From: an uncultured Bacteroidia bacterium
Lineage (GTDB): Bacteria; Bacteroidota; Bacteroidia; NS11-12g; UBA9320
Length of the DNA: 64,000 bases
Reading direction: 5' to 3'
Assembly: GCA_943787465.1 (NCBI GenBank)
Contig: CALSMN010000008.1
Location: 84 to 64,083, forward strand
The first letter of the stretch is position 1, and each line of letters begins with the position of its first letter. Shown here piece after piece: positions 1 through 8,474 of the stretch. The position numbers were made by a program, and so were the translations under genes. Below the pieces are notes generated by a model. It was not told the DNA's origin. It saw nothing but the letters and a program-made list of their open reading frames with translations, and made no database searches.

Positions 1-2546
1 AGTCGTCTCCATTTTTCATCATATTGATCAATAATAGAATGATAAAAACTATCAATATTTTCTGTATTTGGTAAGTAGCTATCATCAATTGGTCTTGATA
101 AAAAATACCCCGCTGGATCGTAGATTAATATTTTGTCTTTTATCCAACTTTCTATCACCTGAAAGATATATAGCGGTGTTATCTGGCCTATGTTATCATT
201 AGGATCTAATGTTTGATTAAAAAGATTATTAATTTCATTTAGAGAACTATTTTGGATTTTAAACTGATTATTTTTTTTGCTAAGATTTTTAACAAAATCA
301 TTAAGTTTAAAATCTTTTTTATTTAACAGTTTATTTATACTAAAACCAAAGCTTGAATTAGAATTAAGTTCATTTAATTCAGCATATAATTTATCATATG
401 ATGGTCCTCTATCTTGCTCATGCACCTTGTTTCTAATGGTTAAAATAATGCACATATTGCCTCTTAAAAATTTATTTCTGTTAACATGCTTTATAAAAGA
501 CTTAAAGAATGCATAGCTTTCTTCATCAATCCAATGAATGTCCTCCATTATAAAGATAATTCGCTTTTTATTAGTTTCTAATTTTTCTATGATTTCAATA
601 CAAAGGTCTGTTAGAGTTTGGTCTCTACTTTTTGAATATTCATTGATTAATGAGTCTGCTGAAACTATTGAGCTACCAACTTGAACAGCTTTACTCAAAG
701 AATTTTCTATTTTTTGTCCTCTATCTATTGCAAATGCATCTATGTTTAGTAATTTTCTAAATGCTTCTAAAAAGGGTTCATAAGTTGGTGAATTTTCTCC
801 TTGAACCTCATCACAATCTCCATAATACCAATCCCACCCATTTTTAATAAATCTATTTTTTGATTCAATTAAACTTCTTGTTTTTCCAATTCCTGCAGGA
901 CCTGAAATCAACATGATGTTTAATTCTTCATCATTAATGTTAGAGGTAATACGATTATAAATATCATTTTCAATATTTATTAAACTATCTACAAAAGGAA
1001 ACTTTTGGAAATTTTCAAATTTGATTGAATTTTTAATTTGTGATTTATATCGCTTAATTAAAAAAGAATTGCTGAGGCTATAAACACCATTAAGTGGTAA
1101 AATTATAGCAAAAGACAATAATAAATTATTAGTATTCAAGCCAGTTAGAATTATTGAATTAAAAATTAGTAATGATATAATTCCAAGAATAAGTCCAATG
1201 AATGAAGCCTTTTTTAATGCTATATTTTGAGTTGTTGACGAATAATTAAAATATGATTTTGCAAGCAAATCACCAATAATTAATGTAATGAAAACCATAA
1301 ACAAGTGAGCATATATTGGGTAATCGTCAAATAAAATTATATAAAATACAAACAAAGGGAAGTAGGATGCATATAGTGATGCATTAGCAAAAAATCGATA
1401 ACCTTTAAGAGTATGAAAGCCATCAAGATTCATTCTGTTAACGAAATATAAATTTATTAATGTTGGCATTAAACTCATTCCAAGCGTCAAAAGAGCGATC
1501 CATAGTTTTGCTGAAAATTCAAGATAATGATCTTCTGGCTCTGGCATTAAATATGATAATGAATAAATTATAAAAAATGATGTTATTGCAGGGATTAAAA
1601 AGAACGTTGATACAAATCGTATTTTTTTTAAAAATAATTCAATAAGGTCTGTTATTGCGGAGGAACCATTGTTAATTATTTGTCTTATATTCTGATTGAA
1701 GAAAGCAAGTGCTGATATTAATAAGATTGATTTTAAAAAAAGCAATAATATATTAATAAAGCTTACATGTCTTTTATCATGATTAAAACCTTTTGAATTA
1801 AGTGGTTCTGAAAAGCTATTTAAATTACTGTAAGTTAGAAATTCTGTTTGAACAAGCCATATTGATTCTTCAATTACATCTAGATCGTCAACTATGAATA
1901 TTCCAATCTTATCAAGGTTTAATTTTTCGCAAAGTATAGAAAACATAGATTCATTTAATTCTCCGTTTAAAAGAGATTCTGTTTTATCGTTTCCAAATAT
2001 TTCTCTTAATTCATTTGGTTGTAATATATGATGATTTGAGTTTTTATGAATAGTTTGGTTTACGATTTCAAACATTTCATCATTACAATTTTTTCGAATT
2101 ATTACAGATGTGATATTGGTGTTTGCGATCGGGACGTTTTGAAGCTCAATGTATTTTGTTGATAATAGTTTTTCAATTGATTCATCATAGGCATATTCAA
2201 TCGGATCGTCAGCAAAACCCATATAATTTGGCAAGCCATTGAAAAACGGGAAGAGCTCAATTTTGTGATTCATATTTTGATCACAAGTAGCCAGCGTTAA
2301 ATTAATTTTTTCCTTAGTTAATTTAGCAAATAAATTTTCATTGTCTATTTCAATTATTGAATCACAATAATTACTGGTTAGAGATAAATAATACTTGTTG
2401 TTATTTGTATGTCTGGATATATAATCAAGTGAAATAACATGCTTTTTGTATCTCTCAATTTTAAGTGAGTCACTTGTGGCTTTTGAATTGATATAATTAA
2501 ATGATAATATTACTAAAAGCAGTAATGTTTTAAGATTAGATATCAT
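1..2546 (-). CDS. Partial (3' end outside window) membrane-anchored STAND-class P-loop NTPase: signal peptide + periplasmic domain + ~7 TM helices + AAA_16/COG3899-like NTPase
   Basis: Hand translation: ATG at 2546 opens 848 uninterrupted codons to the window edge (MISNLKTLLLLVILSFNYINSKA...). Seven hydrophobic segments at ~aa263-490. Walker A IMLISGPAGIGKT (nt 902-879), YEPFLEAF, Walker B IIFIMEDIHWIDEES (nt ~560-516), sensor-like IILTIR, GxP-like GQITPLYIFQV. Absent from the ORF track because the stop is outside the window. Confidence 0.88.
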   Translation of the reverse strand, partial: MISNLKTLLLLVILSFNYINSKATSDSLKIERYKKHVISLDYISRHTNNNKYYLSLTSNYCDSIIEIDNENLFAKLTKEKINLTLATCDQNMNHKIELFPFFNGLPNYMGFADDPIEYAYDESIEKLLSTKYIELQNVPIANTNITSVIIRKNCNDEMFEIVNQTIHKNSNHHILQPNELREIFGNDKTESLLNGELNESMFSILCEKLNLDKIGIFIVDDLDVIEESIWLVQTEFLTYSNLNSFSEPLNSKGFNHDKRHVSFINILLLFLKSILLISALAFFNQNIRQIINNGSSAITDLIELFLKKIRFVSTFFLIPAITSFFIIYSLSYLMPEPEDHYLEFSAKLWIALLTLGMSLMPTLINLYFVNRMNLDGFHTLKGYRFFANASLYASYFPLFVFYIILFDDYPIYAHLFMVFITLIIGDLLAKSYFNYSSTTQNIALKKASFIGLILGIISLLIFNSIILTGLNTNNLLLSFAIILPLNGVYSLSNSFLIKRYKSQIKNSIKFENFQKFPFVDSLINIENDIYNRITSNINDEELNIMLISGPAGIGKTRSLIESKNRFIKNGWDWYYGDCDEVQGENSPTYEPFLEAFRKLLNIDAFAIDRGQKIENSLSKAVQVGSSIVSADSLINEYSKSRDQTLTDLCIEIIEKLETNKKRIIFIMEDIHWIDEESYAFFKSFIKHVNRNKFLRGNMCIILTIRNKVHEQDRGPSYDKLYAELNELNSNSSFGFSINKLLNKKDFKLNDFVKNLSKKNNQFKIQNSSLNEINNLFNQTLDPNDNIGQITPLYIFQVIESWIKDKILIYDPAGYFLSRPIDDSYLPNTENIDSFYHSIIDQYDEKWRR

Positions 2547-2550
2547 TTTA

Positions 2551-2558
2551 CAAATATA
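2551..2558 (-). promoter_or_regulatory. Bacteroidota -7 promoter element (TATATTTG) 4 nt upstream of the STAND gene ATG
   Basis: Perfect TAnnTTTG on the minus strand followed by TAAA-ATG. Confidence 0.6.
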
Positions 2559-2708
2559 TTTTTAAAAATTATCGATTTAAAATGTGTAATTTAATTGTGA
2601 GCGTAACGTTACGTTAAACTCTGTAAAATGAAAGTCACTATCCTTTATATTTATAAGTTCTGTTACGTCGTGTTATTTTTTGTCTGTATTTAATCAATCA
2701 ATGATTAA

Positions 2709-3905
2709 TTAGTGTAAAGTGATTTTATTAAGTCTAGCACTTTCATATTGAAGCTTAGAATGAGAGATTTTCGCATAAATCTGAGTTGTCTTAATATTGG
2801 TGTGTCCTAGCCAATGACTTACCACCTCTATGGGAACATTATTATCCAAGAGTATTGTTGTAGCACATGTATGCCTGGCAATATGATGAGTTAGATTTTT
2901 TTTAATACCACATAAGTTAGAAATAAACTTTAAGTACCTATTAACTCTCTGATTGGTATAGATTGGTAAAACGTTACCTTTTAAGCTTCTAAATTTTGAC
3001 CAGTTGTATTTATCTACAATTGAAATCGCTGGTTTAATTAGGGGTATTTCTCGTCTTTCTCCGGTTTTAATTTGATCTACTCTAATATGAGGTTCATCAT
3101 TTATAATTTGAATATCTTCCATTTTTAGATCTATTGCATCACAAAATCTTAAACCTGTGTAACACGAAAACATAAATATATCCCTTACTTGATCTAAAGA
3201 TTCATTTTTGGATAAGTCCAAGCTATTCAATTTATCAAGTTCCTCCTTGGTAAGATATTCTCTGTTCCCCTGTGGGAATGTTAGTTTAAAATGGGCATAA
3301 GGATTTATATTCAATTTACCTCTAGATATAGCATCACTAAGAATGGTTTTAACTCTTGTATGATGCTTATTGATAGAAGTAATGCTTAATCTGTCTCCTT
3401 TATTATTCCATATGATTTGTCTTAAATAGTCATCAAACTTGGCAATAATGGTTAAATCATAATTTTCGAGTGTGATCTTTTGTCTATTATGTTCGGATAG
3501 AAATTTAGTAAGATAATTTTGACTAGCAAAGTAGAGTTTACTTGTAGCTTGAGACCAAGAGCCATCTTTTAATTTTCTATCTATGTACTCTTGAAAGTAT
3601 TCTAATAATAAATCCTCAGATTTTTTTGATCCTAGTAATTGTATTTTAAGATCTTTAGCGGAGTAATTTATTTTTAGTTCATCAAAATTATTTTTTATGC
3701 GATAAATTTTCATCTTTAGATCAGATAGTCTTTGATTAAAAAGCGAGTTTTTATTAAACTCCTCTTTCTTAGGGTTCCAATCTGATTTTTTACAAGGTAA
3801 ACCAGTTGTAAATTCTGCTTTTGTTCGGTTAAAGATAATTTGAGCATAAACCTTAAAACCCGATCCAGAACTTTTAACAGGTTTTAAGTAGAACTTAACC
3901 GTCAT
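2709..3905 (-). CDS. Site-specific tyrosine recombinase/integrase (Bacteroidota Arm-DNA-bind + SAM-like + catalytic domains)
   Basis: Catalytic R (GLRFCD), K (KTG), HxxR (HIARH), H (LGHT) and Y (TQIYAK) all present. Start reassigned to ATG 3905 (MTVKFYLK, typical arm-binding N-terminus); the track's TTG at 3977 runs through the DNA repeat region. Confidence 0.93.
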   Translation of the reverse strand: MTVKFYLKPVKSSGSGFKVYAQIIFNRTKAEFTTGLPCKKSDWNPKKEEFNKNSLFNQRLSDLKMKIYRIKNNFDELKINYSAKDLKIQLLGSKKSEDLLLEYFQEYIDRKLKDGSWSQATSKLYFASQNYLTKFLSEHNRQKITLENYDLTIIAKFDDYLRQIIWNNKGDRLSITSINKHHTRVKTILSDAISRGKLNINPYAHFKLTFPQGNREYLTKEELDKLNSLDLSKNESLDQVRDIFMFSCYTGLRFCDAIDLKMEDIQIINDEPHIRVDQIKTGERREIPLIKPAISIVDKYNWSKFRSLKGNVLPIYTNQRVNRYLKFISNLCGIKKNLTHHIARHTCATTILLDNNVPIEVVSHWLGHTNIKTTQIYAKISHSKLQYESARLNKITLH

Positions 3906-3916
3906 TGTTTTTGATG

Positions 3917-3970
3917 AAAATGTTTCAGGTGAAACATTTTTATTCTTTAGGTGAAACATAAGTGAAACAT
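3917..3970. repeat. (G/A)GTGAAACAT repeats (3 direct + 1 inverted); putative integrase arm-type binding sites
   Basis: Direct copies at 3928, 3950 and 3961 (spacing 22 and 11 bp). AAAATGTTTCA-GG-TGAAACATTTT is an 11-bp inverted repeat at 3917-3940. Confidence 0.65.
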
Positions 3971-4076
3971 TTTGCAATAAAATTAGGAATAAAATAAAAG
4001 TTATTGCAACTCTAAATGATGTAACTTATTGACAATGAAAGGCTTTGAAAAAGGTCGAAAAACTCAGAAAGGAAAA

Positions 4077-4153
4077 TGGTGGAGAATACCGGATTCGAAC
4101 CGGTGGCCTTTTGACTGCCAGTCAAACGCTCTAGCCAACTGAGCTAATCCCCC
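4077..4153 (-). tRNA. tRNA-Ala(GGC), CCA encoded
   Basis: Reverse complement GGGGGATTAGCTCAGTTGGCTAGAGCGTTTGACTGGCAGTCAAAAGGCCACCGGTTCGAATCCGGTATTCTCCACCA: cloverleaf, anticodon GGC, G3-U70 pair. Confidence 0.97.
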
Positions 4154-4189
4154 AAGATAAAGTCATAAATACATTGACTTTTTACATTG

Positions 4190-4197
4190 CAAAGATA
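4190..4197 (-). promoter_or_regulatory. -7 promoter element (TATCTTTG) for tRNA-Ala
   Basis: TAnnTTTG consensus 36 nt upstream of the tRNA 5' end. Confidence 0.6.
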
Positions 4198-4246
4198 AAG
4201 AATACCTGAAATAAAACCCTTTTCTTTTCCTTAATTTGCAGAACGA

Positions 4247-5102
4247 ATGCCAGACACTTATACCATACACAACGATTTTCTTCAAGTACGTATCAAGCGG
4301 AAAGGAGCTGAGTTGTGCTCAGTAAAGAACAATACATATACTGAATTTATATGGCAGGCATCTCCAATCTGGAATCGCCATGCACCAAATTTATTTCCAA
4401 TAGTAGGTAGTTTGTTGGATCACGAATACAGATATAATGATAAAAATATAGCTCTTACTCATCATGGTTTTGCTCGAGATATGGATTTTGATATGTTGCA
4501 TCAAAGTGAACATTCCATCTGCTTTATTCTTCAAAATGATGAATTTACATGGAGGAGTTATCCATTTAAGTTTACATTATTAATCACCTTTACTTTAGAG
4601 AATAATTCATTGATACAGTCCTACAGAGTATTAAACACGGATACGAAAACTATTCCTGTTTCTTTTGGCGGACATCCAGCATTTAATGCAAACCCTATTG
4701 GTGATTTTGAAATTTATTTTGAATCAAATGAATCCATTTATTCTAACATGCTTGATGGTCCATATATAAGTAATCAATTAAAACCAATAATTGTAGACAA
4801 CAAAATAAGTTTAGATTTATTTACCTTTAATGAGGACGCTCTAATCTTTCAAAAACTTCAATCCAAATGGGTTAAGCTGGTACATGCAAAATCCTCTTAC
4901 GCTGTAAAAGTTGATATCACTGATTTTCCCTTATCTGGGAATATGGTCAAAACCAGGTGCTCCTTTTGTTTGTATCGAACCATGGCAGGGGCTGGCGGAT
5001 TTTACTTCACACAATAAGGATATTTTTTCAAAAAAAGGAATTATCGCTTTGGGGCAAAATCAGGAAATCAATCGTCAATTTAGTATGGAGTTTACGGGAT
5101 AG
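4247..5102 (+). pseudogene. Aldose 1-epimerase family (LacX-like) gene split by a +1 frameshift at ~4928-4931
   Basis: N-part GAEL...W..HAPNLFPIVG...HGFARD...FGGHPAF. The conserved C-terminal PYLGIWSKPGAPFVCIEPW lies in the +1 frame. Removing one base gives ~284 aa. Confidence 0.8.
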
Positions 5103-5103
5103 T

Positions 5104-5991
5104 TTATCCTTTGATACGATCGTAGTTAGTTGCATTAGATGGGTCTAATTTCCCAAGGATATCAATAGCTCTATTTTTAAGTCCAGGATCAGCTTTGGAA
5201 AAAATTTGAATTAACTCATCCCTTTTGGCATTAAAAAAAATCTTAAATGTAACAGAATTAGGAACCCGTTCTTGGATGGATCGAATTTTTTCCAATGATG
5301 CATATATTTCTTTTCTACCCTCATCATTGTCATCTTTGAATTTATCCAAGCCTACCATGTGATATTGGTAAAAACCAGCTCTGTAAACTTTGAATCGATC
5401 ATCTAATAATTGATCAATGATGTAATATTTATTTCTATTTCCTCGACCATCGCTTGGATTCCACCCAGGAACATTTTGGGACATATTCCGTATTTGAAGT
5501 GCTTTATTAAAGTAAGCTTGTCCTCCTTCAGGGGCGTAGGAGTCAAAATCAATTCCAATAATTACGTTGGCATAGAAAGCTAGTAGTGTGGTTAGTGCCA
5601 TAAGATTGGCATTTTCTTGATAGTCTAGGCTTTGAAATTGAGCATATTTAAAGAACCATTCTTGATCAAAATGGCTAAAGAGTGTAGTATTATATGTGGT
5701 ACCATATACGGGACGTGTACTCGTTATATTTACTTCTGCTTTGAATTGATCAATGTTAAATTCAGTAATATTGATGACAAAATTGCAATTGATTTTTTCT
5801 TGTGGTTGTACCTTATTGCTAATCCAGTTACGTTGATTCATGAACTGATTGATAGCATTTTGTAAATCATCAAAAATATCCTTATTGGTTGCCTGAATCT
5901 GGTCTGTTCTAATTTGGATATTGCATTGTAAATCTTGTCCCCATGAGATGGAGCAAATTAGAATAAAAACGAGAGTAAAGTATTTTTTCAT
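5104..5991 (-). CDS. porD: DUF4835 family protein / T9SS component PorD
   Basis: Signal peptide, QDLQCNIQI..., LAFYANVIIGIDFDSY, RAGFYQYH; conserved bamD-rpoZ-coaBC-DUF4835 order. Confidence 0.8.
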   Translation of the reverse strand: MKKYFTLVFILICSISWGQDLQCNIQIRTDQIQATNKDIFDDLQNAINQFMNQRNWISNKVQPQEKINCNFVINITEFNIDQFKAEVNITSTRPVYGTTYNTTLFSHFDQEWFFKYAQFQSLDYQENANLMALTTLLAFYANVIIGIDFDSYAPEGGQAYFNKALQIRNMSQNVPGWNPSDGRGNRNKYYIIDQLLDDRFKVYRAGFYQYHMVGLDKFKDDNDEGRKEIYASLEKIRSIQERVPNSVTFKIFFNAKRDELIQIFSKADPGLKNRAIDILGKLDPSNATNYDRIKG

Positions 5992-7184
5992 AAGTAACGG
6001 AGCAAAAGTTGAGTAATATCTTGAGATACTTCTAATTTGGATTTAGCGCTATATTGGTGTATTTCTCCATTTTTTTCCAGGATGGTAACTTTATTGGTGT
6101 CTTTTCCAAATCCAGCTTCAGGATCGTTCATTGAATTGAGAACGATGAAATCTAAGTTTTTGGTATTTAATTTTTGTTTGGCGTGTTTTAATTCATCGGT
6201 AGTTTCTAATGCGAATCCGGCAAGTATCTGATTTGGTTTTTTAAGTTTCCCTAATGTTGCAAGTATATCTTTCGTTCGGGTTAATATTAATTGCATTTCG
6301 TCTGCTGTTCCCTTTTTTATTTTTTGGTCAGTATACTGAGCCGGTTTAAAATCAGCTACTGCTGCGGCTAAAATAGCTGCATCGCAACTGGGGAATATCC
6401 TGCTGCAGGCATCATACATTTGCTCTGCTGACTCAACATGAGTTAATGTTATGTTGGGGGATAAATTGTGAGATGAAGTAGGTCCTAGAACGAGTTCAAC
6501 ACTAGCGCCAAGACGAGATAGAGTATTGGCAATGGCTACACCCATTTTCCCGGAACTGTAATTCCCAATGAAACGAACAGGATCTATTTTTTCATAGGTA
6601 GGTCCAGCATTGACAAGTATTTTTTTTCCTTCCAACAGAGTGGATTGATCAAAATAACGAGCTACAGTTTCACAGATGGTCTCGGGTTCAGACATACGAC
6701 CCATACCAGATAGACCGCTAGCTAACTCACCTGAAGTTGCCGAAATTTCAATATTACCAAAACGAATAAGTGTGTCAATATTTTGTGAAGTAGAAGGATG
6801 TTGATACATATCTAAATCCATAGCCGGAGCAAAAAAAACAGGACAATCTGCGGACAAATAAGTAGCTAACAATAAGTTGTCACATCTCCCCATAGCCATT
6901 TTGGAAAGAGTGTTGGCTGTGGCAGGAGCAATCACCATTGCGTCTGCCCATTTTCCTAGCTCAACATGATTGGTCCACTGGCCAGTTTCTTTAACAAAGA
7001 AGTTGGAGTATACGGGATGTTTAGATAATGTAGAAAGGGTTAGTGGTGTGATAAAATCTAACGCACTTGGGGTACAAATGATTTTAACATCGGCTCCATT
7101 TTTAATGAATAAACGCGTTAAAACAACTGCTTTATATGCAGCAATTCCTCCGGTTATGCCAAGAAGAATTTTTTTATTTGGAAT
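5988..7184 (-). CDS. coaBC: Bifunctional phosphopantothenoylcysteine decarboxylase/phosphopantothenate-cysteine ligase; start codon non-canonical or uncertain
   Basis: The frame extends 82 codons upstream of the track's ATG 6938 and encodes the conserved N-terminus KKILLGITGGIAAYKA...FITPLTLSTLS...HVELGKWAD. Also APATAN, PAMD, GPTYEKIDPVRFIGNYSSGKMG, AAVADF, GFALET. Confidence 0.93.
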   Translation of the reverse strand: MPNKKILLGITGGIAAYKAVVLTRLFIKNGADVKIICTPSALDFITPLTLSTLSKHPVYSNFFVKETGQWTNHVELGKWADAMVIAPATANTLSKMAMGRCDNLLLATYLSADCPVFFAPAMDLDMYQHPSTSQNIDTLIRFGNIEISATSGELASGLSGMGRMSEPETICETVARYFDQSTLLEGKKILVNAGPTYEKIDPVRFIGNYSSGKMGVAIANTLSRLGASVELVLGPTSSHNLSPNITLTHVESAEQMYDACSRIFPSCDAAILAAAVADFKPAQYTDQKIKKGTADEMQLILTRTKDILATLGKLKKPNQILAGFALETTDELKHAKQKLNTKNLDFIVLNSMNDPEAGFGKDTNKVTILEKNGEIHQYSAKSKLEVSQDITQLLLRYL

Positions 7185-7503
7185 CTTCTTTTGCAGGATT
7201 TCTGAAATAAACCTTCTCGTTTAAAAACTCTTCAATCGCAACAATTGTTGGTTTTGGTAGTCCTTCGTAATGTTTTGAAATTTCAATTTGCTCTCTGTTT
7301 TCAAAAATTTCTTCCAAATTGTCATGGTCAGAAGCAAATTCGTCCAATTTTGCGACTAATTCTTCTTTGATAGAAGAAGAGATTTGGTTTGCTCTTTTAG
7401 AGATGATAGCAACAGACTCATATAAATTGTCGGTTGGTAAACTAATCTCACGAGTGTCTCTAGTAATGGTTGAGTTTGGAATCTCTGAATCGTTATTTGT
7501 CAT
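7174..7503 (-). CDS. rpoZ: RNA polymerase omega subunit (Bacteroidota type)
   Basis: NLYESVAIISKRANQI...EIFENREQIEISKHYEGLPKP; located between bamD and coaBC. Confidence 0.9.
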   Translation of the reverse strand: MTNNDSEIPNSTITRDTREISLPTDNLYESVAIISKRANQISSSIKEELVAKLDEFASDHDNLEEIFENREQIEISKHYEGLPKPTIVAIEEFLNEKVYFRNPAKEDSK

Positions 7504-7514
7504 GATATTATTTT

Positions 7515-8306
7515 TTAGTTGGTTTGGGCTAAAACTGCCAGTGTTTTTTCTTTTATTTTTTGAATATCATTGGCATACATGGTCTTGTCGCCAAATTCTT
7601 TTTTGAACGCTTCAATTTTGTTTAAGGTATCTTGATAACGCTCTGCTTGTTTCTTTTGAATACTATTTTTGGCATATCGATATGCAGCATCAACTACCAA
7701 GTAGTTTAATTCAGTTCTGTTTTCAATATCCGGATAGTCGTCAATTGCGTTTTGGCAGGCAACAATTGCACTGTTGTAATACCCTAATTCATAATAGAGT
7801 TTGGCGTTTTCGTAAATCTTTTTAAGAATCTTTTGTCGAAGAATATCGATTTTGTCATTGCAATCTGATACGTATGTACTATTGGGGTATTTATTTATGA
7901 ATGCTTGCAAATCATTGATAGCCTCTTTTGTTGGACGTTGATCTAGTTCATGTGGCATTGATCGCTTAAATTTACAAAGAGCAGACATGTATAAAGCTTC
8001 TTCTTTTTTATCGCTTTGTGAATATATTTCAACAAAATTGTTGAAATGGTAACCAGCCAAAAGATATTCTTGATTTCCATAGTACGAATAAGCGTACAAA
8101 TATTGAATTTCTTCCCGCTCAGATCGGCCATAGTACAAGCCCAAAAGTTCTTCCAGAAGAGGTTGAGCCCTGAGGTAATCCTTGGCTTTATAGTATTTTT
8201 TAGCAGCGTCTAATTTTTCTTGAGGAGTGCCATCTTTCACCAGTTTCTGATAACTGGAACAAGAGGCAAATAAAAACACGAATGATATGTAAACTAAATT
8301 TCTCAC
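7515..8306 (-). CDS. bamD: Outer membrane protein assembly factor BamD (lipoprotein)
   Basis: Lipobox FASC, TPR-like helices, LDQ..T..AI..LQ.FI..YPNS. Start placed at GTG 8306 because a TATCTTTG -7 element (8327-8320) lies inside the track's longer N-terminus. Confidence 0.88.
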   Translation of the reverse strand: MRNLVYISFVFLFASCSSYQKLVKDGTPQEKLDAAKKYYKAKDYLRAQPLLEELLGLYYGRSEREEIQYLYAYSYYGNQEYLLAGYHFNNFVEIYSQSDKKEEALYMSALCKFKRSMPHELDQRPTKEAINDLQAFINKYPNSTYVSDCNDKIDILRQKILKKIYENAKLYYELGYYNSAIVACQNAIDDYPDIENRTELNYLVVDAAYRYAKNSIQKKQAERYQDTLNKIEAFKKEFGDKTMYANDIQKIKEKTLAVLAQTN

Positions 8307-8474
8307 TCCAAAATGTGTGCAAAGATAATCATATTTCATATCATTTTCAATAAACTTTCATGTTAATATGGGCCTTTTCGCATGAATGCATAAAATTATT
8401 ATGAGATGCTTAACAATGATGATTGCCAAAATACATAACGTATTATCTTTGCACAAAATAAGTAATATTTTACA

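Larger units (their letters stand above)
1..4090. mobile_element. Right end of an integrative element/genomic island inserted at the 3' end of tRNA-Ala(GGC)
   Basis: Tyrosine integrase starts ~170 bp downstream of the tRNA 3' end and reads into the element. Arm-site-like repeats lie between them. Cargo is visibly AT-richer (spot-counted 60-nt lines ~20-23% GC) than core genes. The other att copy is not in the window. Confidence 0.75.

Noticed and set aside
277-516. 79-aa plus-strand ORF in the track
   Set aside because: Antisense shadow of the long minus-strand STAND gene; no recognisable features.
3906-3977. 24-aa N-terminal extension of the integrase from TTG 3977
   Set aside because: It translates the GTGAAACAT repeat region; the family-typical N-terminus begins at ATG 3905.
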